Shown: piece after piece, positions 1 to 7,868 of the stretch
Numbering within the stretch: the first letter of the stretch is position 1
How the letters are laid out: each line of letters begins with the position of its first letter
Source of the DNA: Candidatus Saccharimonadota bacterium
Lineage (GTDB): Bacteria > Patescibacteriota > Saccharimonadia > Saccharimonadales > Saccharimonadaceae
Direction: 5' to 3'
NCBI GenBank assembly: GCA_039920285.1
Contig: JBDSDX010000001.1
Coordinates: 360,001 to 392,000 of the forward strand
DNA: 32,000 nt
Notes under the pieces: generated by a model
Database searches by the model: none
Told to the model about the DNA's origin: nothing
Seen by the model: the letters and a program-made list of their open reading frames with translations, nothing else
Program-made: the position numbers and the translations under genes

Positions 1-148
1 TCGCATTAGCCTGGTAACGCCAGGATGGCAGCGACGCGAGGGAGAAACCCCCTAACTTCATGGGTGGAGTAGACGGTAGGCTCACAAGCCAATGACCATC
101 TACTCCACCCGGAAGTACCATCTAACTACCCCTAAAGGGTGGTTTTTT
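1..148 (+). ncRNA. 3' part of an unclassified structured RNA entering from upstream of the window
   Basis: GC-rich with no convincing ORF. Hairpin cctgg/ccagg at 10-24, GGG-AGAAA-CCC at 40-50, and a perfect 12-bp helix 62-73/99-110, followed by hairpin plus T6 at 126-148. It contains GGTAACGCC and ACTCCACCCGGA, which match RNase P RNA strings as I recall them. The topology differs and there is no P4 3' strand. The 5' end is not visible. Confidence 0.35.
126..148 (+). terminator. Candidate intrinsic terminator (weak stem, T6)
   Basis: ctacccc-taaa-gggtgg stem with one bulged C, followed by tttttt at 143-148. ccaccc at 105-110 can pair with gggtgg at either 62-67 or 137-142. Confidence 0.4.
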
Positions 149-270
149 GTTGCAAAAGATACAGAGTTGTTGTAAAACAAGGACAAGCTGTAAGTGTGAC
201 GCACAGAGTCGCCACTACCAATACGGGAAGCAGTATTGGATGCAAACGCACATTGAAGTCTGGGAGAATT

Positions 271-873
271 ATGACCGCTCAATCCGCACTACGCCGCCAC
301 CAGTTGGGACAGGTTCCCGTCGAGAAGTATTTCGACGAGACCAGTGACGACATGGGAGCGACGCTGGCCGCTATCCGTTACAAGATAGTAGCCGTGTTTC
401 TGAGAGCAACCGACCCCGCCACGGGCCGGACGACCGGAAGGGACAACTGCATCATCGGTGTGAACGACGAGATCTCTGACCTCGTCACTTATGTGACCGA
501 ACGCATCAACCTGCGCCGTGAATTCGGCCTGAGGGAGTTGCATTACGGGCTTCGCGACGTCGAGAAGCACACATTGGCAACTCTGTCCCGACGAGATCGG
601 GAACAGATTGCCGGGAAAGTTCGCGCCAAACTCATTTGCATGGCCATGTTGGCTATGCGTGAGAAGCACTTCCTATACTGGATGGATGGTCGCTGGTGTT
701 TCACCTCCGACCTTCGGGACGAACATGACCACCTGGCGCAAGTCATGAGGGCCAAGGACAACTCCTACCACGGTGACAGACGGAACTGGCACGGCAAACC
801 TGCGAAACAGGGGAGACGTCGCACCAAACAGCTCCGCATGGCTCCGGGTACTTCCATCGGTAGTACTTCCTAG
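271..873 (+). CDS. Hypothetical protein, compositionally foreign (GC-rich), no family recognised
   Basis: Same frame as ORF-track entry 139..873. ATG at 271 follows GGGAGA at 262-267. There are 200 open codons in DNA of about 57% GC (hand count of 301-420), against about 45% in pyk. Codon choice (ctg, gcc, cgc, gac) differs from neighbouring genes. The C-terminus is basic. Confidence 0.6.
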   Translation: MTAQSALRRHQLGQVPVEKYFDETSDDMGATLAAIRYKIVAVFLRATDPATGRTTGRDNCIIGVNDEISDLVTYVTERINLRREFGLRELHYGLRDVEKHTLATLSRRDREQIAGKVRAKLICMAMLAMREKHFLYWMDGRWCFTSDLRDEHDHLAQVMRAKDNSYHGDRRNWHGKPAKQGRRRTKQLRMAPGTSIGSTS

Positions 874-978
874 ACTTCCTTGACAGAGGACACTGCTAAA
901 AGCGTAGATGAGAAACCATACCACGGTGACTCTCCTACCAACAGTGTTCTCTGTCGAGAGGAAATCAAATCACCGTTA

Positions 979-1004
979 GCCTCTAGTCAAACAGAGGTTT
1001 TTTT
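979..1004 (+). terminator. Candidate intrinsic terminator after the GC-rich ORF
   Basis: cctct (980-984) pairs with agagg (993-997) around an 8-nt loop, followed by T7 at 998-1004. Confidence 0.45.
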
Positions 1005-1012
1005 GTTACAAT
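1004..1012 (+). promoter_or_regulatory. Extended -10 box TGtTACAAT upstream of tRNA-Glu
   Basis: TG at 1004-1005 and TACAAT at 1007-1012, about 43 nt before the tRNA 5' end. Confidence 0.4.
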
Positions 1013-1054
1013 TTCCCGAGTCGAACGGCACGTTTTTTGACTTGTTCGTTTGAT

Positions 1055-1129
1055 GGTCTCATCGTCTAACGGTTAGGACACCAGGTTTTCATCCTGGCAA
1101 TCGGAGTTCGATTCTCCGTGAGATCACCA
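1055..1129 (+). tRNA. tRNA-Glu (anticodon UUC) with encoded CCA
   Basis: Acceptor stem ggtctca/tgagatc, anticodon arm ccagg-ttTTCat-cctgg, T arm ggagttcgattctcc, discriminator A, then CCA at 1127-1129. Confidence 0.93.
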
Positions 1130-1182
1130 AACGAAACAGTCAAGGCTACGACTAAACTAATCAAACAACAAGGAGTAACGCT

Positions 1183-2598
1183 ATGGGAATTATCTTCAAG
1201 CGCACAAAAATCTTGGCAACCGTTGGTCCTGCAACCAATGATGCTGATAAAATCGAGCAACTTATCCTCTCTGGGGTGAATGGTATGCGTCTCAATTTTA
1301 GTCACGGTGACTACGACGAACGAACCCAACAGATTAACTGGATCCGTGAAGCGAGCAAAAAAATTGGTAAACCGGTCGCAATCTTACAAGACCTTCAGGG
1401 GCCGAAGATTCGTCTTGGTATGTTGAATGAGAATACAGTCGTCAAAAAAGGCGATGAAATTGTTCTTGATTATGCAGCAGAACATAATGGTTTAACTTTC
1501 CCAGTTCAGTACAACCTGGCTGAAAAAGTCCAAGTTGGTGAACCTATTTACATTTTCGACGGCAAAGTTCGTACTACTGTACTTGAACTTACCTCTGATA
1601 CTGCGATTAAACTCCGTGTAGAAAACGATGGTACTTTAATGAGCAAGAAGGGTATTAACCTTCCTGACACCGACTTTGGTGGCGACATTTTAACCCCTAA
1701 AGACCTAAAAGATATTGAGTATGGCCTGACTCAGGACATTGATTACGTTGCGTTGAGCTTCGTTCAGGGTCCAGACGATATCCATAACCTCCGCCAGATT
1801 CTTGTTGCTGGTGGTTCTCAAGCGCAAATTATTGCCAAAATTGAGACAAAAGCAGCCATTAAACCAGATGTCATGGAAGAAATCGTGAAAGCAACTGATG
1901 GTATCATGGTTGCTCGTGGCGATCTTGCGGTTGAAGCAGGTGCTGAAATCGTCCCTATTGTCCAACGACGTCTGATCGCAATGTGCCGCAAACACGGCAA
2001 ACTTAGTATTGTCGCGACACAAATGATGGCTAGTATGGTCGACGCTCCAGAACCAACTCGTGCAGAGGTAAGTGACGTTGCGAACGCGGTGATTCAAGGT
2101 GCTGACAGCGTCATGCTTTCAGATGAGACGGCTAACGGTAATTACCCGCTTGAGACTGTTGCAGCAATGAAAAAAGTCATCCTTTATACACAAGATAACG
2201 CCGCGGTTGCCCCAATTCACGACGATATTATTGCCAAGAATATGCAACTCGACGCGATTAGTACCGCTGCAGTTCATTTGGCTGAGCAACTGACCGTCGA
2301 TGCTATCTTTGCAGAGACTAAATCTGGTGCAACTGCAGCCAATATCGCTGCACACCGTCCAAACCTACCGATTATCAGTGTGACAAGTGAGCTTCGAACT
2401 GCACAACAACTCAGTTTGAGTTACGCAAACCGTAGCTATGTTCGTCCAGACGGTGAAGAATCTGGTTTTGACCTTGCAAAAGAGCTCAAAGCTGACGGTT
2501 TCTTTGGTGAAGGGCCTGCGACAGTTATTATCGTGAGCGGACAACAACCAGGAATCATCGGAACTACTGACACAATCAAAGTACGCGTGCTAGAATAA
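1183..2598 (+). CDS. pyk: Pyruvate kinase
   Basis: 471 aa. Contains pyruvate kinase motifs (RTKILATVGPA, NFSHG, MVARGDLAVE, MLSDETANG). AAGGAG lies 7 nt upstream of the ATG. Confidence 0.95.
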   Translation: MGIIFKRTKILATVGPATNDADKIEQLILSGVNGMRLNFSHGDYDERTQQINWIREASKKIGKPVAILQDLQGPKIRLGMLNENTVVKKGDEIVLDYAAEHNGLTFPVQYNLAEKVQVGEPIYIFDGKVRTTVLELTSDTAIKLRVENDGTLMSKKGINLPDTDFGGDILTPKDLKDIEYGLTQDIDYVALSFVQGPDDIHNLRQILVAGGSQAQIIAKIETKAAIKPDVMEEIVKATDGIMVARGDLAVEAGAEIVPIVQRRLIAMCRKHGKLSIVATQMMASMVDAPEPTRAEVSDVANAVIQGADSVMLSDETANGNYPLETVAAMKKVILYTQDNAAVAPIHDDIIAKNMQLDAISTAAVHLAEQLTVDAIFAETKSGATAANIAAHRPNLPIISVTSELRTAQQLSLSYANRSYVRPDGEESGFDLAKELKADGFFGEGPATVIIVSGQQPGIIGTTDTIKVRVLE

Positions 2599-2613
2599 AA
2601 ACATTATAGACGG

Positions 2614-3849
2614 GTGGGGACGGTGACTTTTTTCAAACTAACAATTCGTGATGTACCTATTGAAGGCAAGACTGTGCTGGTGCGTGCCGATTATAATGTG
2701 CCGCTGACACATGATGGCAAGATCGATGACGATCTTCGTATCCGAGCGAGCATACCAACCCTGCAATATTTACTCGATCGCCACTGTAAAGTAGTCGTCA
2801 TGAGCCACCTTGGTCGTCCTGTGGGACATGAAGCCAAGTTTAGTCTAGAGCCTGTCGCCGAACGACTACGGGAACTTTTGGGAATTCCGGTTCAATTTGT
2901 TGATGATTGTATTGGTGACAAAGTCGTTCAAGCAGTCAAAAAAGCCGCTCCTGGAACGGTAACCCTTCTTGAAAACCTTCGTTTTTATACTGAAGAAGAA
3001 GCTGATGACCACGAATTTGCTAAAAAGATTGCGACGGCTACCGGTGCACGTTACTTCGTGCAAGACGGATTCGGTGTTGTTCACCGCGCGCATGCCAGTA
3101 CTCATGCTATTACCCTTTGTATTCCAAGTGTCTCTGGACTTCTTCTGGAAAAAGAATACATGACGATAACTAAAGCGATGCGTTCACCAGATCGTCCGTT
3201 AGTTGCAGTGCTTGGGGGTGCTAAAATTAGTGACAAAATCGCTATTATTGAAGAATTTGTAAGAGTTGCCGACAAGATTATCATTGGTGGGGCTATGGCT
3301 AATACGTTCCTCGCGTACAAAGGTGTTGCGATGGGAAAGAGTATTTTTGAAACGAACCAAAACGAAGAACTCGATCGTATATATGCAGCAGCACGAGAGA
3401 AGGTTGGTGAGGCGGAAGTTGATAACTTTATTCTCTTACCGACAGATGTAGCTGTGGCGAAGGCTCCAACGCCCGAAGCAGAGCGCCGTGTCGTTGCGCT
3501 CGATGCAATCGAGTCAGACGACGAAGCACTCGACGTTGGTGATGTGTCAATCGATCATATAATTGCCGATCTCCAAGGTGTAAAGACGGTTATTTGGAAT
3601 GGCACACTGGGGTATGCAGAACTTCCAGCTTTTGCTCATGGATCAGCCCGATTGGCGCTAGAACTGGCCACGCACCCTGATATCACCTCTATTATTGGTG
3701 GTGGCGATACCGCTGACTTTGTCTTGAAATGGGATGCTGCTGGTGGTAAAAGTTTCACCCATGTTTCGACGGGTGGTGGTGCAAGTTTAGAACTTATGTC
3801 AGGCGAGAAATTACCAGGAATCGAGAGTTTGCTCGATGCGCGAAAATAA
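2614..3849 (+). CDS. pgk: Phosphoglycerate kinase
   Basis: 411 aa. Contains VLVRADYNVP, SHLGRP, and GGGDT and STGGGASLE at the C-terminus. GTG start; an in-frame GTG at 2623 is an alternative. Confidence 0.95.
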   Translation: MGTVTFFKLTIRDVPIEGKTVLVRADYNVPLTHDGKIDDDLRIRASIPTLQYLLDRHCKVVVMSHLGRPVGHEAKFSLEPVAERLRELLGIPVQFVDDCIGDKVVQAVKKAAPGTVTLLENLRFYTEEEADDHEFAKKIATATGARYFVQDGFGVVHRAHASTHAITLCIPSVSGLLLEKEYMTITKAMRSPDRPLVAVLGGAKISDKIAIIEEFVRVADKIIIGGAMANTFLAYKGVAMGKSIFETNQNEELDRIYAAAREKVGEAEVDNFILLPTDVAVAKAPTPEAERRVVALDAIESDDEALDVGDVSIDHIIADLQGVKTVIWNGTLGYAELPAFAHGSARLALELATHPDITSIIGGGDTADFVLKWDAAGGKSFTHVSTGGGASLELMSGEKLPGIESLLDARK

Positions 3850-3886
3850 GCTACACTAACAGTAATAAAGCATGAGTGGGATGTAA

Positions 3887-4666
3887 GTGGCTAGGGATAA
3901 AAAACTCGTTATCGGTAACTGGAAGATGAACCTCGGGGTTCATGAGGCTAGTTTGTACCTTCATCGCCTCGAGAAGGTCGTTCAGCCACACCGCAATGTT
4001 GAGATTATTTTGGCTCCGACGATGTTGGCATTGCAGACATTAAGTTTGCAAGTGAACTTCCGCCAATTTCGATTGGCGGCACAGAATTTCTACTGGCGCG
4101 ACCACGGTGCGTTCACCGGTGAAGTATCCGCCACTCAACTCCGCGGTATTGTGACGTATGCGCTCGTGGGTCACTCTGAACGTCGTCATATTTTCCATGA
4201 GACAGATAAAGATACTCGCGCCAAGGTCCAAGCAGCTATTCGAAACGGCATTCGACCAGTACTCTGTGTTGGCGAAACAGCCAACGAAAAGACAGCGGGA
4301 GAAACTCAAGATGTCCTCCATGACCAATTAATCGGTGGACTTGCGAACATTACAAGTGAAGAACTCGATCAAGTTATTATCGCCTACGAACCTGTCTGGG
4401 CAATCGGAACAGGGCAAAATGCAGTCCCTGCAGACGTCACGGGTGCTGTTCGTTCGATTCGCAACCAACTTAAGCATTTATACGGTCAAAAAGCAGCAGA
4501 TGGCGTACAAGTCCTCTACGGTGGGAGCGTGACGGCAGATAGTGCGGCTGATTACCTGGCGTTAAGTGAAATTGACGGGTTATTAATCGGGGGCGCAAGC
4601 TTGGATGAAAACGCGTTTAGTAGTATTGTTGAAAAAGCTTATGCAAGTGCAAAGAAAGAAAAATAA
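3887..4666 (+). CDS. tpiA: Triosephosphate isomerase
   Basis: 259 aa. Contains GNWKMN, VGHSERR, AYEPVWAIGTG and YGGSV. GTG start. Confidence 0.93.
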   Translation: MARDKKLVIGNWKMNLGVHEASLYLHRLEKVVQPHRNVEIILAPTMLALQTLSLQVNFRQFRLAAQNFYWRDHGAFTGEVSATQLRGIVTYALVGHSERRHIFHETDKDTRAKVQAAIRNGIRPVLCVGETANEKTAGETQDVLHDQLIGGLANITSEELDQVIIAYEPVWAIGTGQNAVPADVTGAVRSIRNQLKHLYGQKAADGVQVLYGGSVTADSAADYLALSEIDGLLIGGASLDENAFSSIVEKAYASAKKEK

Positions 4667-4674
4667 GGAACATA

Positions 4675-5652
4675 ATGCAAGATATTGATTTTGATGAACT
4701 AGACCGCGCAGTCAGCTCAACGATGGAGCCTTCTACTCCGACGCCAGCTCCTTCGAGTGATGCCGTTACTGTTTCAGATTCAGCACCAAAACCCGTGTTG
4801 AGCGGCACACCCGCAGCTCGTCGAAGTTCTGGACGATTTATGGACATGGTTCATTCTTCATCTGACATGCGAAACGGAAGCCCGGTACCAGAACGTTCAG
4901 CACCTCGACCAGTAGAAGTGTCAGCTCCTGAGCATACCCCAGAACCTTCAGTTGAACGTAGTACCGACTGGCCTGATCCACTTGATTTTCATGGTTTTGA
5001 CAAAGAAGACGAAGCCGAAGTACCAGCCCCTGTCCCGGAAACTCCTGAACTCGAATTGATTGAAGATGATCTTCCTGAACCAAAACCACTCGAAACGCCT
5101 TTTTTGAGTGATGCAAAAGTTGAAAAACGACCACTCGGTGCGTTTTCTAGTTCTGAAACACCAGCAACTGATCCATTTGATGATCTTATGAAAGTGGAAG
5201 CCGAAGAAACACCTGAAGTGAAAAAGGATGAACCAGAACTCTTGCTGGCTGCATCTGACGAAGACCTCCTTACTGCTTTGACTGCTGAAAATGAAGCTGA
5301 TGACAAAGAAGAAACTCCTATGGAGACGCCTATTGTTGAACAAGAAGCTGAGCCTGTCGTTGAAGAGACACCAGAATCACCAGCTCTGCAACAAGAAGAA
5401 GTTGTCAGACCTGTTGAAACAGACACAGCACCGGCTGGTCCTACCTCGATTCATCAACAGTATAAAGAACAGCCAAGCACGACTAATCAGCCATCTGGCG
5501 CTATTTATGATACCGAAGCTTACCATCAGCCGTTGGCTTATGTAGCAAAGAAGAAATCTGGCGGACTCGTTATTCTCTGGATCGTCGGGCTTATCATCAT
5601 CGGTGGTGGTATTGGCGCTGCAATCTACTTTTTTGTGCTCCCACTTCTCTAG
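4675..5652 (+). CDS. Hypothetical acidic Pro/Glu/Thr-rich protein with a C-terminal transmembrane anchor
   Basis: 325 aa. Low-complexity acidic body and a single hydrophobic segment (LVILWIVGLIIIGGGIGAAIYFFVL) at the extreme C-terminus. AAGGA lies 5 nt upstream of the ATG. Confidence 0.7.
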   Translation: MQDIDFDELDRAVSSTMEPSTPTPAPSSDAVTVSDSAPKPVLSGTPAARRSSGRFMDMVHSSSDMRNGSPVPERSAPRPVEVSAPEHTPEPSVERSTDWPDPLDFHGFDKEDEAEVPAPVPETPELELIEDDLPEPKPLETPFLSDAKVEKRPLGAFSSSETPATDPFDDLMKVEAEETPEVKKDEPELLLAASDEDLLTALTAENEADDKEETPMETPIVEQEAEPVVEETPESPALQQEEVVRPVETDTAPAGPTSIHQQYKEQPSTTNQPSGAIYDTEAYHQPLAYVAKKKSGGLVILWIVGLIIIGGGIGAAIYFFVLPLL

Positions 5653-5672
5653 GCTGAGACTCCTCACTCGGC

Positions 5673-5678
5673 TATAAT
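5673..5678 (+). promoter_or_regulatory. -10 box TATAAT 7 nt upstream of the pcrA ATG (leaderless-type)
   Basis: TATAAT at 5673-5678 and ATG at 5686, with no Shine-Dalgarno sequence between them. Confidence 0.45.
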
Positions 5679-5685
5679 AGAACTA

Positions 5686-7797
5686 ATGGATTTACTCGAG
5701 GGTTTAAACGAGGCTCAAAAACAGGCCGCGCAAGTTGTTGTGGGTCCACTTTTGATATTGGCAGGTGCGGGGAGTGGTAAAACAAAGACGCTGACACACC
5801 GCATTGCTCGTTTAGTCGCCGAAGAAGGTATCTGGCCAAGCCAGATTTTAGCAGTCACTTTTACCAATAAAGCGGCTCGCGAAATGCGTGAACGACTCAG
5901 TTACCTCCTTCGCCAAGAGAACAACCGCAACTTTATGCCGTGGATGGGAACATTTCACGGTATTTGTGTCCGTTTGCTTCGGATGGATGGTCAATCGATT
6001 GGTATCAGTCGTAACTTTGTTATCTACGATGAAGCCGATCGACAGGCGATGATCAAACAGGCGATGAAACAATTATCTATTTCTGAAAAAGAAATCAAAG
6101 CCTCTCAAGCGAGCAGCACAATTTCAAATGCCAAAAATGAAATGCGTAGTCCTGATGACTACGATGCTACCTCGAAGTACCCTTATGAGAAGAACATCGC
6201 TAAAATCTACAAACGCTACGAGACGATGCGAAAAGAAGCTGGGGCGCTTGATTTTGACGACCTTCTGCTCGACGGTGTGCGCCTACTTCGTGATGTTCCT
6301 GAACTCCGCACTAAATGGCGTGATCATTTCAAACATATCTTGATCGATGAGTATCAAGATACTAACGCTGCTCAGTACCAACTCGTGAAGTTATTGGTCA
6401 ACGAAGACAATAATATTTGTGTCGTGGGTGATGACTGGCAATCGATTTATAGTTGGCGTGGCGCTGATTTTACAAATATCTTAAACTTTGAACGGGATTT
6501 CCCAGGTGCGACAGTTGTGAAACTGGAACAAAACTATCGAAGTACCGGTAATATTCTTGAAGCGGCCCATAACGTTATTTCCAAAAATACTCAACGAACC
6601 GATAAAAAACTATGGACGGCGGAAGGTGCTGGTTCACCAGTCCAGGTTCATGGTGTCTATGATGAGGCCGAAGAGGCGAATTTGGTAGGTGAGCGAATCT
6701 CAAGCCATGTATCCTTGGGTGCCCGTAATTATAACGATTTCGCAGTACTCTATCGTACTAACGCTCAGAGCTACACATTGGAACGGGCATTTTTGCAGTT
6801 ACGTATCCCCTACCAGCTTGTTGGTGGTGTGAGATTCTACGATCGAAAAGAGGTGAAAGACATCATTGCGTATCTGAGGTTGTTATATCAACCAAATGAT
6901 CGAATGAGCTTTACGCGTATCGCCAATGTACCACTTCGTGGAATTGGGGTAACGAGTCTAGAAAAGTTTTTGAATTGGCAATCTGGACGAGGAATCGATA
7001 TTATTACGGCACTGACAGAAGTTGAGAATGCAGGTGTGGTAACGGGCAAGGCGAGAACTGCACTTGGTGCACTTGGTGCTAAATTAAGAAAAGTCGCTGA
7101 ACGTATCGATGATGCCTCACCAACCGAACTTATCGAAGCAGTTATTTCATCGACTGGCTACCGTGATTACATTCTTGATGGGACGCCACAAGCCGAAGAT
7201 AGAGAAGCTAACCTTGGCTCGTTATTATCTGACGCCCAGAATTTTAGTGCACTCCCTGATTTCCTCGAAGAAGTTGCGTTGATGTCGAGTACAGATACAG
7301 AAAACGAAGGTAAGAAAGTCACCTTGATGACCCTTCATGCTGCCAAAGGTCTCGAATTTCCGGTCGTATTTATTGTCGGAATGGAAGAGGGAATTATTCC
7401 AAATGCTCGAGTCTTCGAAGCTGGGCCAGCTGCTTTGGAAGAAGAACGACGCTTGGCCTATGTTGGGATGACTCGTGCCCGTGAAGAATTACATCTCAGT
7501 TACGCCTACAGCCGTTTGCAGTTTGGTCAGCGGAGCTATAATCCAATGTCACGATTTATTACTGATATGGGAGACCAGGTAGCGAATATTTCTGCTAATC
7601 CTGGCATTATGGGACAACGCAACGACGAGCCATTTTATAGTGATGAAATTGGGTTTGAGATTGGCGATGCAGTCAAATCTACGGCCTTTGGTGAAGGTGA
7701 AATTATCGACGTTGACGGCATGGCAGTCACGATTGCCTTTAAAAACGGACAAACCAAGAAACTGAATGCCGAATATGCTCGACTTGAGCGACTCTAG
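5686..7797 (+). CDS. pcrA: ATP-dependent DNA helicase, UvrD/PcrA family
   Basis: 703 aa. Contains AGAGSGKT, TFTNKAA, DEYQDTN, QNYRS, TLHAAKGLEFP and VGMTRA, plus a C-terminal Tudor-like tail. Confidence 0.93.
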   Translation: MDLLEGLNEAQKQAAQVVVGPLLILAGAGSGKTKTLTHRIARLVAEEGIWPSQILAVTFTNKAAREMRERLSYLLRQENNRNFMPWMGTFHGICVRLLRMDGQSIGISRNFVIYDEADRQAMIKQAMKQLSISEKEIKASQASSTISNAKNEMRSPDDYDATSKYPYEKNIAKIYKRYETMRKEAGALDFDDLLLDGVRLLRDVPELRTKWRDHFKHILIDEYQDTNAAQYQLVKLLVNEDNNICVVGDDWQSIYSWRGADFTNILNFERDFPGATVVKLEQNYRSTGNILEAAHNVISKNTQRTDKKLWTAEGAGSPVQVHGVYDEAEEANLVGERISSHVSLGARNYNDFAVLYRTNAQSYTLERAFLQLRIPYQLVGGVRFYDRKEVKDIIAYLRLLYQPNDRMSFTRIANVPLRGIGVTSLEKFLNWQSGRGIDIITALTEVENAGVVTGKARTALGALGAKLRKVAERIDDASPTELIEAVISSTGYRDYILDGTPQAEDREANLGSLLSDAQNFSALPDFLEEVALMSSTDTENEGKKVTLMTLHAAKGLEFPVVFIVGMEEGIIPNARVFEAGPAALEEERRLAYVGMTRAREELHLSYAYSRLQFGQRSYNPMSRFITDMGDQVANISANPGIMGQRNDEPFYSDEIGFEIGDAVKSTAFGEGEIIDVDGMAVTIAFKNGQTKKLNAEYARLERL

Positions 7798-7821
7798 CGC
7801 AAGGATTATTCTAGAATTGTT

Positions 7822-7830
7822 TGATATAAT
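7822..7830 (+). promoter_or_regulatory. Extended -10 box TGaTATAAT for the G5-domain gene
   Basis: TG at 7822-7823 and TATAAT at 7825-7830. The predicted 5' UTR is about 32 nt. Confidence 0.45.
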
Positions 7831-7836
7831 AAACAG

Positions 7837-7854
7837 AACACCTAAGGGGGTGTT
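7837..7854 (+). promoter_or_regulatory. 5' UTR hairpin carrying an SD-like loop
   Basis: aacacc (7837-7842) pairs with ggtgtt (7849-7854). The loop taaggg is SD-like but sits too far from the ATG at 7869 to act as its ribosome-binding site. Confidence 0.3.
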
Positions 7855-7868
7855 ACATCATACCCAAA

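Noticed and set aside
59-148. T-box leader (GGGTGG strings plus a terminator/antiterminator-like competition)
   Set aside because: There is no specifier-loop or stem I features. The GGGTGG at 62-67 sits in a perfect 12-bp helix with no 7-nt bulge. The downstream gene is not an aminoacyl-tRNA synthetase or an amino-acid metabolism gene.
1-230. Calling the left-edge RNA a complete rnpB (RNase P RNA) 3' half
   Set aside because: GGTAACGCC and ACTCCACCCGGA are present. However, the CCACCC partner lies in the wrong position for P7. No ACAGAAnCCGGCUUA (P4 3' strand) occurs before the hairpin/T6, and the only ACAGAG strings downstream (162-167, 204-209) lack the CCGGCUUA continuation. I kept it as an unclassified RNA and flagged the resemblance.
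139-270. The longer ORF-track start (GTG 139) for the GC-rich ORF
   Set aside because: It would begin inside the terminator T-tract and encode a Cys/Lys-rich, AT-biased extension. The ATG at 271 has a GGGAGA ribosome-binding site, and the composition changes there.
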